32,658 nucleotides of DNA from Octopus bimaculoides (GCF_001194135.2 NC_068989.1:41903549-41936206); one strand, 5' to 3'; positions 1 to 9,625 are shown, numbered from the stretch's first letter. The notes: generated from the letters alone by a model not told the origin. Program-made: numbers and translations.

Positions 1-54
1 ACCCACACAGCAACAAAATTGGCCGCAGCGTACATATGTACGTGCCTGAATGGA

Positions 55-172
55 CTGAAAAATTTGCCAAAATTAAGCTACTTTACTCCTTCATGACTCA
101 AAATTGCGCCCCCCCCCTCAGAACTGCACCCATAGCAAGTGCCCTGCCTGCCATACCCTAGCTACACCACTG
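55..172 (-). mobile_element. End of a hAT-type MITE (CAGTGGTGTAGCTAG terminus)
   Basis: The reverse complement starting at 172 reads CAGTGGTGTAGCTAGGG. This is the same terminus type as the MITEs at 8367-8542 and 14254-14408. The other end is not seen and the left boundary is approximate. Confidence 0.45.
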
Positions 173-179
173 CTCTCCA

Positions 180-506
180 CTAATCCTCTATAAAACTCCT
201 AGGTGGAACTTCCACTGACCGCATTGCCCAACTGGCCGAAGACCGTGTGCGCTTGGAGACACTGTAGGTGCCAAGGCCCTATCTCGATCTACGCCTGATC
301 CAGGACTTCAGCTCTGTCAAGGAGAGGAGCTGCAGGAAAGCGTGTCTAACAAACAGCGACCACACCTGCTCACCGCTAAAGTATTGCTAGAGATGTCGCA
401 GCCTCAGCGCATGTCTGAGCACCATCAGCCACAGCATGCCCAGTCCTCCACGCAACGGGTGCTGACAGCAAATGGACCGTCTGTCTAGCGATATCTGATG
501 GTTGTG
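180..506 (-). mobile_element. Tx1/L1-clade LINE ORF2 fragment, post-RT region (pseudogenised)
   Basis: A minus frame not listed in the ORF track reads HNHQISLDRRSICCQHPLRGGLGMLWLMVLRHALRLRHL*QYFSGEQVWSLF. It contains the C..P..GGLG...AL.L..L motif that follows RT in L1/Tx1 ORF2, with in-frame stops. Confidence 0.7.
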
Positions 507-638
507 GAGGTTGTGGTGGTACACCATGCATAAAGTCACCTCCACACACACACACAAGCAACAATAACATCATTCCTGCCACTACCACCACAGCCTCTAT
601 AACCATCACAAACACAACATAGTCTACATACACAGCAG

Positions 639-941
639 ATGGTTTGCATTCCACCAAATGATCATAAACCAGACATTATAAAAGTCACGGCTGTAAGCAG
701 AAGAAATAACGAATTAATAGAACACATCCACAAACACATGGATATTAATGAACCCAATTATGTCACACCAACCACAAATATACCGCCACATATAAGAATA
801 TTCAAAGCTACTGAAAGCAAATACAAAATTTTGAAATCCAGATATCTCCAGTTTGTAAGGGACTTTCAAAAGGACCTCAATATCAGACTTTACAAGGAAC
901 TGCTGGGGAAAAACCCACATCCAACGAGAGGGATGAAGTAG
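639..941 (+). other. 100-aa ORF of unknown origin upstream of the Tx1 endonuclease (possible ORF1 remnant)
   Basis: Open frame in non-microsatellite sequence, ending 70 bp before the endonuclease ATG. No motif recognised. Confidence 0.2.
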
Positions 942-1011
942 GCACTCCCACTCTCCTACAAAGCTTTGATAAGTAGCTGTCTCTTACTTTCACACATTCC
1001 TATCGTCCAAC

Positions 1012-1571
1012 ATGGTATTGCTTAAAGTGGGCAGCATAAATGAACGCGGCCTGGGGTCATCATGGAAGCAAGGTCGCTTGCTCAATGACCTCAAGTAACG
1101 AAAATTAGATGCAACAGCTGCCAGTGAGACCAGGATCTCGGACACGCGCACCTTTACACCCATTTTCGATGATTATGAGATCTTTGCATCTCTTAGTCGA
1201 CCGGGAATGGGAGGTGGGGTGGCGGTGTTGTTCAGAAAAGGCCCGGATCTCGAGACACGGTCGGTCTTCCTGGACCCAGAAGATAGGATGGTGGTCCTGG
1301 ACGTGAATGATAATGAAGGCAGTGCCTTTAGACCGGTCGCTGTGTACTCCATGACCGGAGCGGGACAGCCGGATTTCTTTAAACGTTTGGAAGTCTTTCT
1401 TGGGACATCTCGCTTCTCAGTGTTAGTGGGCGACTGAGACGCTATCTTGGATGCACGTGTGGATTAAGTGGTTCTATCCGACAGAAGAGATGGGTGCACA
1501 AGCCTCGCAAATCTGCTCAGTCGTTTCCAATTGGCTGACAGGTTCAGACTGGATTTCCTGACTGCGCCAAT
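1012..1571 (+). mobile_element. Tx1/L1-clade LINE ORF2 N-terminal AP-endonuclease (pseudogene, runs into gap)
   Basis: One continuous frame from ATG 1012: MVLLKVGSINERGLGSSWKQGRLLNDLK*RKLDATAASETR...GGGVAVLFRKG...VAVYS...VLVGD*DAILD. APE motifs S-x-N-x-x-GL, ET, GVAVL and GD(W)NAILD are recognisable, with 3 in-frame stops. Confidence 0.88.
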
Positions 1572-2537
1572 NNNNNNNNNNNNNNNNNNNNNNNNNNNNN
1601 NNNNNNNNNNNNNNNNNNNNNNNNNNNNNNNNNNNNNNNNNNNNNNNNNNNNNNNNNNNNNNNNNNNNNNNNNNNNNNNNNNNNNNNNNNNNNNNNNNNN
1701 NNNNNNNNNNNNNNNNNNNNNNNNNNNNNNNNNNNNNNNNNNNNNNNNNNNNNNNNNNNNNNNNNNNNNNNNNNNNNNNNNNNNNNNNNNNNNNNNNNNN
1801 NNNNNNNNNNNNNNNNNNNNNNNNNNNNNNNNNNNNNNNNNNNNNNNNNNNNNNNNNNNNNNNNNNNNNNNNNNNNNNNNNNNNNNNNNNNNNNNNNNNN
1901 NNNNNNNNNNNNNNNNNNNNNNNNNNNNNNNNNNNNNNNNNNNNNNNNNNNNNNNNNNNNNNNNNNNNNNNNNNNNNNNNNNNNNNNNNNNNNNNNNNNN
2001 NNNNNNNNNNNNNNNNNNNNNNNNNNNNNNNNNNNNNNNNNNNNNNNNNNNNNNNNNNNNNNNNNNNNNNNNNNNNNNNNNNNNNNNNNNNNNNNNNNNN
2101 NNNNNNNNNNNNNNNNNNNNNNNNNNNNNNNNNNNNNNNNNNNNNNNNNNNNNNNNNNNNNNNNNNNNNNNNNNNNNNNNNNNNNNNNNNNNNNNNNNNN
2201 NNNNNNNNNNNNNNNNNNNNNNNNNNNNNNNNNNNNNNNNNNNNNNNNNNNNNNNNNNNNNNNNNNNNNNNNNNNNNNNNNNNNNNNNNNNNNNNNNNNN
2301 NNNNNNNNNNNNNNNNNNNNNNNNNNNNNNNNNNNNNNNNNNNNNNNNNNNNNNNNNNNNNNNNNNNNNNNNNNNNNNNNNNNNNNNNNNNNNNNNNNNN
2401 NNNNNNNNNNNNNNNNNNNNNNNNNNNNNNNNNNNNNNNNNNNNNNNNNNNNNNNNNNNNNNNNNNNNNNNNNNNNNNNNNNNNNNNNNNNNNNNNNNNN
2501 NNNNNNNNNNNNNNNNNNNNNNNNNNNNNNNNNNNNN
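1572..2537. other. Assembly gap (N run)
   Basis: 966 N. ORF-track entries that span it are artefacts. Confidence 1.
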
Positions 2538-2947
2538 CACCACTCCAGTCCGAAACGATTTTCGCTATTTTTTTTCCCACTACGCACTTAAAACCTGTAA
2601 GAGAAACATTTTCGGTTTGAAAAAAAAATTGTCAATAATTTCAGAGGAAAACGTGTGATTTAAGGGAGATCTACCTGTTGTTTCTAGCATATCCCCAAAC
2701 CACACTCCTCGATTCTTTCTCACTCATATATCTATTGATATTTTTCAATATTTTTCTCCTCATTAAACAAATTTTATGGAATGATGATGTCAAAGTAACA
2801 CACGTGTAGTCACAACAGAGCGAGGCCGTGTTATGTGTGTGTAAGAAAAAAAAAATACCTAAAAGCATCTTTAGTGTTCATATTAATCTGTCAAATGTAA
2901 TGCTTATTCGTTATTTGCTTGTAACTTTGTAAATTTTTTACCACAAG

Positions 2948-3065
2948 AGTGGCTGTGTGGTAAGTAGCTTGCTTAGTAATCACATGGTTCCGGGTTCAGT
3001 CCCACTGCGTGACACCAAAGCCTTGTGAGTGGATTTGGTAGACGGAAACTGAAAGAAGCCCGTCG

Positions 3066-3110
<45 letters not shown>

Positions 3111-3320
3111 CTGTGTTTGTGTGTCTGTGTTGGTCCCCCCGACATCGCTTGGCAACGATGCTGGTGTGTTTACGTCCCCGTAACTTAGCGGTTCGGCAAT
3201 TAGGGGACCGATAGAATAAGTACTAGGCTTACAAAGAATAAGTCCTGGGGTCGATTTGCTCGACTAAAGGCGGTGCTCCAGCATGGCCGCGGTCAAATGA
3301 CTGAAACAAGTAAAAGAGTA
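2948..3320 (+). mobile_element. tRNA-derived SINE, family A (octopus OR-type, CORE-like), with internal (TA)n/(TG)n
   Basis: Head GGCTGTGTGGTAAG...GGTTCCGGGTTCAGTCCC (A/B-box-like), body GGATTTGGTAGACGGAAACTGAAAGAAGCCCGTC and tail CCGATAGAATAAGTAC...GACTGAAACAAGTAAAAGAG. Homologous to copies at 10939, 17181 and 26083. Confidence 0.85.
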
Positions 3321-4072
3321 TACAGATTTGAAATTTTGTCCCAGGGTGCTTTATATATCACAGGTTTATAGTTATGTAATTTTAGTTGATCTTGCTGAGT
3401 AAATTTGACTTTTATGGGCAGGTAAATTTAATTAACAGGTGTAAAAGCAATAATATGGATAAACACTAAAATTGAAATTCTTAATGCATCTTACCTGTTT
3501 GGTTTGTTACTAAAATTATCCCAGATGGCAACTGACAAAAATTTTGCCACTTTTGAAGATGAGGTACATTAATTTGAATTAATTAAAATACAGGTATAAT
3601 CGGTACAAGATTTTTATCTTTCGGTAAATATTTCGTACCTCGGTGTGGAATAATTTTTTCCATAGTTTTTTTTCGAGTGCATTCAACGTATCTGACCTCC
3701 AAACCCACCGCAAGTCATTCATTTCCGGAAAAGAAAGGTGAGAGGAGTGGTGAGAACATCGAAGTTTCCCACCAAGGAGGTTTTGTTTCGCGGGTCATTT
3801 TTTCTTTTCCAGGTTAGTTTGCATGCTTTAAATGAATGTGACATCGAAGTCACGCGTAAACGGCTCTTTTTTCCAGAAAAGGAAAGATTTGGCTGCTATT
3901 TCTAGCATGCCCGGCTACTACGTAACAGCTACTTGCCTTCACACCGAAATATTTACCAACTTTTTTTCCTTCTTTTATTTTTTCCACTTTCTAGAAGTCA
4001 ATATTTTCTTTGTTGACATCTACCTCAGTTAATTTTACTCTCCACCCAGTTCTGTACTTTCTGAAAGAAAAG

Positions 4073-4192
4073 CCCTCACGTTATCTCAAAGCTACAAGAA
4101 TTCACTAACGTGATTTGTTTACTTTTTTAAAAAGATTTCGTAGAGGAATTAGATACAACAGGTTTCGGCTGGTTTAAATACTAAAGGGTTAA
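4073..4192 (-). mobile_element. Half copy of the TTAACCC-terminated (piggyBac-like) MITE
   Basis: The reverse complement reads TTAACCCTTTAGTATTTAAACC...GTAGCTTTGAGATAA, matching the left half of 8621-8840. Confidence 0.55.
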
Positions 4193-4469
4193 AAAGTGCC
4201 AAAACTATAAAATCAGCTTTTTTGCCTTTTTGAGGACTTTAGAACCCCAAAGTCATAGTTTGTTTTTCGCTTTAGAGTTAAAAGATGCTGATTTTATAGT
4301 TCTAAATTTTAAAGGGCCTAAAAAAGGCTGAAAAAATGACGTGTACAGTAAAAACAATAGAAACTTTTAAACGTTTACCGGTTTTTATGAAATATTTGGG
4401 TTAACGGATTTGAGTTTACGGAAGCTAAATGTAACGGAAGTTAATTAGTCCGATAATGATTTTCAAAAT

Positions 4470-4473
<4 letters not shown>

Positions 4474-4560
<87 letters not shown>

Positions 4561-4641
4561 ATTTATATGTGTGTGTGCCCAAGCATGACTGGAGCTTTAA
4601 AACTGAAACAATTTAAAGAATTTAAAGAATATGTGTGTGTG

Positions 4642-4683
<42 letters not shown>

Positions 4684-4690
4684 GCGCGCA

Positions 4691-4727
<37 letters not shown>

Positions 4728-4730
4728 GAG
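4474..4730. repeat. Compound microsatellites (GT)n, (CA)n, (TA)n, (GA)n
   Basis: Seen directly. (GT)n runs about 4480-4556. Confidence 0.95.
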
Positions 4731-5067
4731 AGGTAACTAGATTACTTCAGTATATAAATTATGCTACATTGGTGATGGTAATGGAGGTAGTGGTGTTAGT
4801 GGCGGGAATGGTGGTAATTGTCATTACGGCTAATTGCGATCCTGTAATGTGCGCCCAAGACACACGCGCTCCCACACACAGACGCCCACACAAACATATA
4901 CAGCATGCACGAACACATATACACACATACACATAAAGACACACACACATACAAACATATACACACACTGTCCTCTCTGCCTTCTCGTCTATCTAGTCAT
5001 TATGTCACTAGACCAATTAGTAACTATTTATATAACCATAACCAAACATTTCCGCTTTAGCTTCTAG

Positions 5068-5440
5068 TTCCCTCCCTCTCCCTCCGTTCCTCTCCCTGTC
5101 TCCTTCTCTCTGTCTATTTTCCCTCTTCTTTCCTTTTCTATCTCTTCCTTTTCTCAGTCTTTTTCTATCTCCTGTGTCTCTGTCTCTCTCTTCCTTGCTG
5201 ATATTTTCTCTCTGTCTCCCCCTTCGCTCTCTATCTTTCTCTCCCTTCCCCCTCTGTCTTTCTGTTTCTCTGTCTGTCTCTGTCTGTCTGTCTGTCTCTC
5301 TCTTTCTTGCTGATATTTCCTTCTTCTTCGTCTCTCTCTTCTTTCTGTCTCCCTTCCCCTCCTTCCATCTCCCAGTCTCTTTCTGTCTCTCTGTCTCTCT
5401 TTGACTTTCTGTCTCTGTTCTTCTCTCTCTCTTCCCGCCG
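5068..5440. repeat. Polypyrimidine (CT/TCTG-rich) low-complexity tract
   Basis: Seen directly. It explains the spurious ORFs at 5174 and 5231. Confidence 0.9.
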
Positions 5441-5833
5441 GTATTTTCTTGAGATCGTCAACTGTTGAATGTAATTTAACAGTATAATTAAGTTAATTAC
5501 TAATCAATTAAAATCGCAATTAACTAAATTGCACTTCAGAAATAACAATATACAGAATTATTCCGGATGGAGTTGTTATTATGACCGAAGTTTGATATGA
5601 TAACCGAACTGGAGTCGAGAACTCATTGGGTGGCATTATATATCCGGCATGGCGTTTTCTTCTTGAATATCAACGCCGGGAACTATCTTGGGACAACTAT
5701 GAATTATGGTAGGACTGCTCACCGCTTTTATCAGCAGTAGCACTGTAAAAGTGACGAGTGCTTTTTATATTATAGATAAGTTACCTTTACTATATATAAT
5801 GCTGTGAGTATTAAAAGCAAATTACGGGGATTA

Positions 5834-6254
5834 GGCGATCTTACGATACGAGTCCTAAATATCGGCCTTTTCCGTAAAAAGTGTCTTCGGCGATCTTTAC
5901 CAAAGATCGGTCTTTTCCGTAAAAAGTGTTGGAGAGAAAGAGGGAAACGACGTCGTAAAAGCGAAAGAGATACAGAGAGCGCGATTTCTTTTGAAGGGTT
6001 TAGGGTCAGGCTTAGGGTTAGGGTTTGGGTTTTAGGGTTTGGGTTACGGAATTCCGTCCCTAACCGTAACCGTAACCGTAACCCTAAACACTAACCCTAA
6101 CCCTAAAACCCTAACCCTGACACTAAAACCCTAACCCTAACACCGTAGTGAAGATCTTGAGGGTGTTACGGAAAAGGCCGATCTTTGGTAAAGATCGCCG
6201 AAGACACTTTTTACGGAAAAGGCCGACATTTAGGACTCGTATCAAAAGATCGCC
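5834..6254. mobile_element. Non-autonomous DNA transposon (MITE), Merlin-like, 89-bp TIRs, telomere-like core
   Basis: TIRs at 5834-5922 and 6166-6254 match at 85/89. Perfect 8-bp TSD GGGGATTA at 5826-5833 and 6255-6262. Termini are GGCGA...TCGCC. The superfamily call rests on GG termini plus the 8-bp TSD. Confidence 0.85.
5995..6141. repeat. Head-to-head degenerate telomeric arrays (TTAGGG)n / (CCCTAA)n
   Basis: Four exact TTAGGG plus variants at 5995-6046, the palindrome ACGGAATTCCGT at 6046-6057, and seven exact CCCTAA plus CCGTAA variants at 6058-6141. Confidence 0.9.
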
Positions 6255-6770
6255 GGGGATTAATATTTAAAAAAATATTCTTTCTTAGCATATGTCGTCT
6301 ACTCGAAAATACTTTTTTGAAACGTGTACAACAGTCTAAGGTGTTATAAACAACCCATCAAAGTTAGGCTGGATGTGCCAACGAATATTCGTTACAAAAG
6401 CTGCTTCTGTCGCTGATAGATAATTTGTACACGGCTCGCCAGCTTTATCCGACACCACTGGGTGTTCGGTCAGTATTATTCAATGTCGGTTTGATTGATT
6501 TTCTATCTGGCATTCGGATTTCCTAGCTGCCGCTGATGATCTGCGATATGAAGAAATCACGTGATACAGTAGTACCATTGCCGGTGTACTAACGGAATTT
6601 CATCGACAGATAATAAAATTTCGATGCGTTTTAGCATTTGTCATTTACACGAAATGTTTTTCCGGGACGTTTATTGCAGTCTAAGGCATTATAAACAACA
6701 CATCCAAGTTAGGTTCGATGTGATAATTCTACTGTCGCTAATAGCTAAATTATTTTTAGCATTTAAGTAA

Positions 6771-7192
6771 ACTGAGATATGGAGAACAACAGTTAAGTCA
6801 AATAAGCAAATACAATCATTCATCAACAGGTGCTTGCGCAGTATACTTAAAATCAGATGGCCCGAACACATAAGCAATATGGAGCTATGGCAAAGAACGA
6901 ATCAAGTTCCGATTAGAGAGCAAATATTAAAAAAAAAGTGGAAGTGGATTGGTAGCACAATTAGAAAGGACACACCAAATGCAGTGAAAAGCGCTTTACA
7001 GTGGAATCCGGATGGATATGGAAAGAGGGGTAAGCCTAAGAATTCGTGGCGTAGATCAACACAAAAGGAACTAGAAAAAGGGGGACATTCATGGCAGAGT
7101 ATAAGTACAGAAGCGAGAAATTATGCGACATGGAATTCAATTATAAGTGGCCTATACTCTGCGTTGGAGGGTTAAAGGCAAGAAGAAGAAGA
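6771..7192 (+). mobile_element. 5'-truncated RTE-clade LINE (C-terminal end plus AAG tail)
   Basis: Frame from 6774: EIWRTT...QSFINRCLRSILKIRWPEHISNMELWQRTNQVPIREQILKKKWKWIG...ALQWNPDGYGKRGKPKNSWRRS. Stop at 7175, followed by an (AAG)n tail. Confidence 0.9.
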
Positions 7193-7212
7193 TTTCAGTA
7201 AACACTAGAAAG

Positions 7213-7257
7213 AAATCTGGACGTCTTTCGGTCTTATCATATCTCGTCAGCGAACTG
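7213..7257 (-). ncRNA. Degenerate type I hammerhead-ribozyme-like motif
   Basis: Minus strand reads CAGTTCG-CTGACGA-GATATGATAAGACC-GAAA-GACG-TC-CAGATT. The core and G10.1:C11.1 are present, but the stems are imperfect. Confidence 0.4.
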
Positions 7258-7480
7258 TAGACTTCACTCTTCACCGGACTGAGTTATTTTCCCCAGGAAT
7301 TAAATTGTTTTATTTGATAACATAAATGTATGCTAATATATTCAGTCTCTCACAACTGTCTACTCATGAATTAGGTTTAACAGCGTATACTTGGCTTCAG
7401 ATTTAAGGTACGTCTGAAGCCGGACACCCAACTAGCTTTTTTTTCAATACTAAATTGAAACTAGCAATATTATTATATCG

Positions 7481-7676
7481 GGAAAATCGTTAGAGCGTCG
7501 GACAAAATGCTATGCGGTACTTCTAGCCATCTACGTTCTGGTTCCAAATCACTTCGAGGTTTAACTTTCCCTTCATTCTTTTGAAATCGATAAAATGAAA
7601 TAAAATAGCAGTCAAATTGGGCTGGGGGTGATGATATCGATCAACCACTTCCAATAAAAGAGCTGGCCATTTGAAT
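7481..7676 (+). mobile_element. tRNA-derived SINE, family B (degraded)
   Basis: AATCGTTAGAGCGTCGGACAAAATGCT...TACGTTCTGGTTCCAAAT...TCGATAAAAT... aligns by eye with 13173-13388. Confidence 0.7.
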
Positions 7677-7932
7677 ACATCGGGAACCATTATCATGTCA
7701 CAAAAAACCCGCTTGTCTTTAAGAAGTATAAACCTTTCTCCCCCTCCTCTTCTTTCTCCTTTCCCATCACTCTCTTTGTCTTTCTCTATCTTCATACATA
7801 CTTATAAATACTTCTCTCTCCCCTCATCTCTCTACATACATACATACATACATACATACATACATACATACACACACACATATATATGTATATACATACA
7901 TATACATATATGTGTATGTATATATGTATATA

Positions 7933-8244
7933 NNNNNNNNNNNNNNNNNNNNNNNNNNNNNNNNNNNNNNNNNNNNNNNNNNNNNNNNNNNNNNNNNNNN
8001 NNNNNNNNNNNNNNNNNNNNNNNNNNNNNNNNNNNNNNNNNNNNNNNNNNNNNNNNNNNNNNNNNNNNNNNNNNNNNNNNNNNNNNNNNNNNNNNNNNNN
8101 NNNNNNNNNNNNNNNNNNNNNNNNNNNNNNNNNNNNNNNNNNNNNNNNNNNNNNNNNNNNNNNNNNNNNNNNNNNNNNNNNNNNNNNNNNNNNNNNNNNN
8201 NNNNNNNNNNNNNNNNNNNNNNNNNNNNNNNNNNNNNNNNNNNN
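7933..8244. other. Assembly gap flanked by (TACA)/(TA) microsatellites
   Basis: 312 N. Confidence 1.
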
Positions 8245-8366
8245 ATATATATATATATATACATACATGTATGTGTGTGCGTATATGTAAGTGTGCACAC
8301 ACATACATGCGTATACATACGCACACAGACAGTCATTTGGAATGACTTGCTTGGTTCCCTAATTCT

Positions 8367-8542
8367 CAGTAGCGTCGCGAACAGGACCATCCCCGCGAGG
8401 GGAACGAATGAGGGTAGTCCGCCTCGGATGACGCTTTTATGGAGACATTTTGTGGGGTATGCAGTGTAAGTCTATACGTGACAAGGTATGAAAAACTGTA
8501 GGATTGCCCGGGAAGCATACACTCTAGCTACGTACGTCACTG
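8367..8542 (-). mobile_element. hAT-type MITE, same family as 14254-14408
   Basis: Termini are CAGTAGCGTCGCG and (reverse complement) CAGTGACGTACGTAGCTAG. Internal AAAAGCGTCATCCGAGGCGGAC matches AAAAGTGCCGTCCGAGGCCGAC of the 14254 copy. No TSD visible. Confidence 0.55.
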
Positions 8543-8620
8543 CAGTAGGTATGCTTTTATGTTGACAGACTTTAGCGAGTATTAAACCAATCGGGAATGT
8601 TATTCCAGTTCCACCAGAAG

Positions 8621-8840
8621 TAACCTTTTAGCATTTAAAGCTACCATATTAGGCTTAAATATTTTATCTGGCTTTGTGGTCAAACCGGCCACATCTAGTC
8701 TCTTACACCTACTTTGCACAAAGTCATTTTAAAAATAAAGAATCATTGAAATCTCGAAGCTACGAGACTATGCATGATTAATTCAAAACAACGTGAACAA
8801 ATAAGCATTTGTCAGAGTAATCTGAATGCTGAAGGGTTTA
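8621..8840. mobile_element. About 220-bp MITE with TTAACCC-type termini (piggyBac-like)
   Basis: Left end TAACCTTTTAGCATT and right end AATGCTGAAGGGTTTA form imperfect TIRs. Fragments of the same family occur at 2869-2908 and 4073-4192. The piggyBac assignment is inferred from the TTAA-CCC ends. Confidence 0.65.
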
Positions 8841-9599
8841 GGAAACAAATGCTAGTTTCTCATTGCCGAAGCCCTATCAAAAATAAAAGAACAAACGCCT
8901 CTCTTGTTTGCTCTGAGTCTGTATCTCTATATTTAACTCTTCCAACTAGCTCTTTATTTAGCGACTACCCTATAGAAGTGTTTATATATAATACGGCACT
9001 ACAAGTCTTTTATATCCGTGTTACTTAATAGTACTTCCAACATTTAACATATGAGTGCTCATTAAGTGTTGCTCTTGAGAAATGAACTGACCATATATGG
9101 TATGATACGAAGTTACATAGAGAAATCTATCTATAATATATACTTCTTATTATATATCTCGCTTTTTATGTACTCGGACACACACACACAAATACACATA
9201 TACATACACACAGACGCACACTGACATACACGGACATAAATGCTTATATATATGTACACACATTTATACCGATACTCCCATATATGTACATATCTATGTA
9301 TACACACACATATACATATATAAACGCATATATACATACATACATACATACATACATACACAAACACACACACATTTATGTATGTGTAGGTATGTATCTG
9401 TTCGAGTGTGTATGAATATACATGTACGAGTGTATATACACACACTTACAAACACAGATATGTATGTATATATATATAATATAATATAAGATATTCCATT
9501 ATAAATGCACACATACATACAGATAATGTTGAAACTGTTTATACATATATGTATTTCTCTCTTTCTCTCCCCTCTCTCTCTTCTCCTTCTCCACGCACA

Positions 9600-9625
9600 N
9601 NNNNNNNNNGACGCTCTTCCGATCT
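9600..9625 (+). other. 10-N gap followed by an Illumina adapter remnant GACGCTCTTCCGATCT
   Basis: 9610-9625 is identical to the 3' 16 nt of the Illumina read-1 primer/adapter (...ACACGACGCTCTTCCGATCT). Confidence 0.95.

Noticed and set aside
29-42. Perfect 14-bp palindrome CGTACATATGTACG
   Set aside because: It is isolated, cannot be tied to a feature within the window, and is plausible by chance in TA/CA-rich DNA.
1464-2658. Long ORF-track entries spanning N runs (also 7671-8469, 11852-13007, 26233-27300, 27931-29305, 30157-30757)
   Set aside because: They are open only because N codons contain no stops.
5590-5700. THWVALYI peptide resembling the Polinton/adenoviral protease His motif
   Set aside because: The expected upstream NLD..G and downstream YFDSFG motifs are absent, and the frame is short and bounded by stops. 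Probably chance.
5615-5800. Hydrophobic frame with HYISGMAFSS suggesting a cytochrome b NUMT
   Set aside because: Motif order and spacing do not fit cytb and no other conserved residues are present.
5995-6141. Ancient chromosome end-to-end fusion site
   Set aside because: The arrays are short and enclosed by TIRs with a perfect TSD, so they arrived by transposition.
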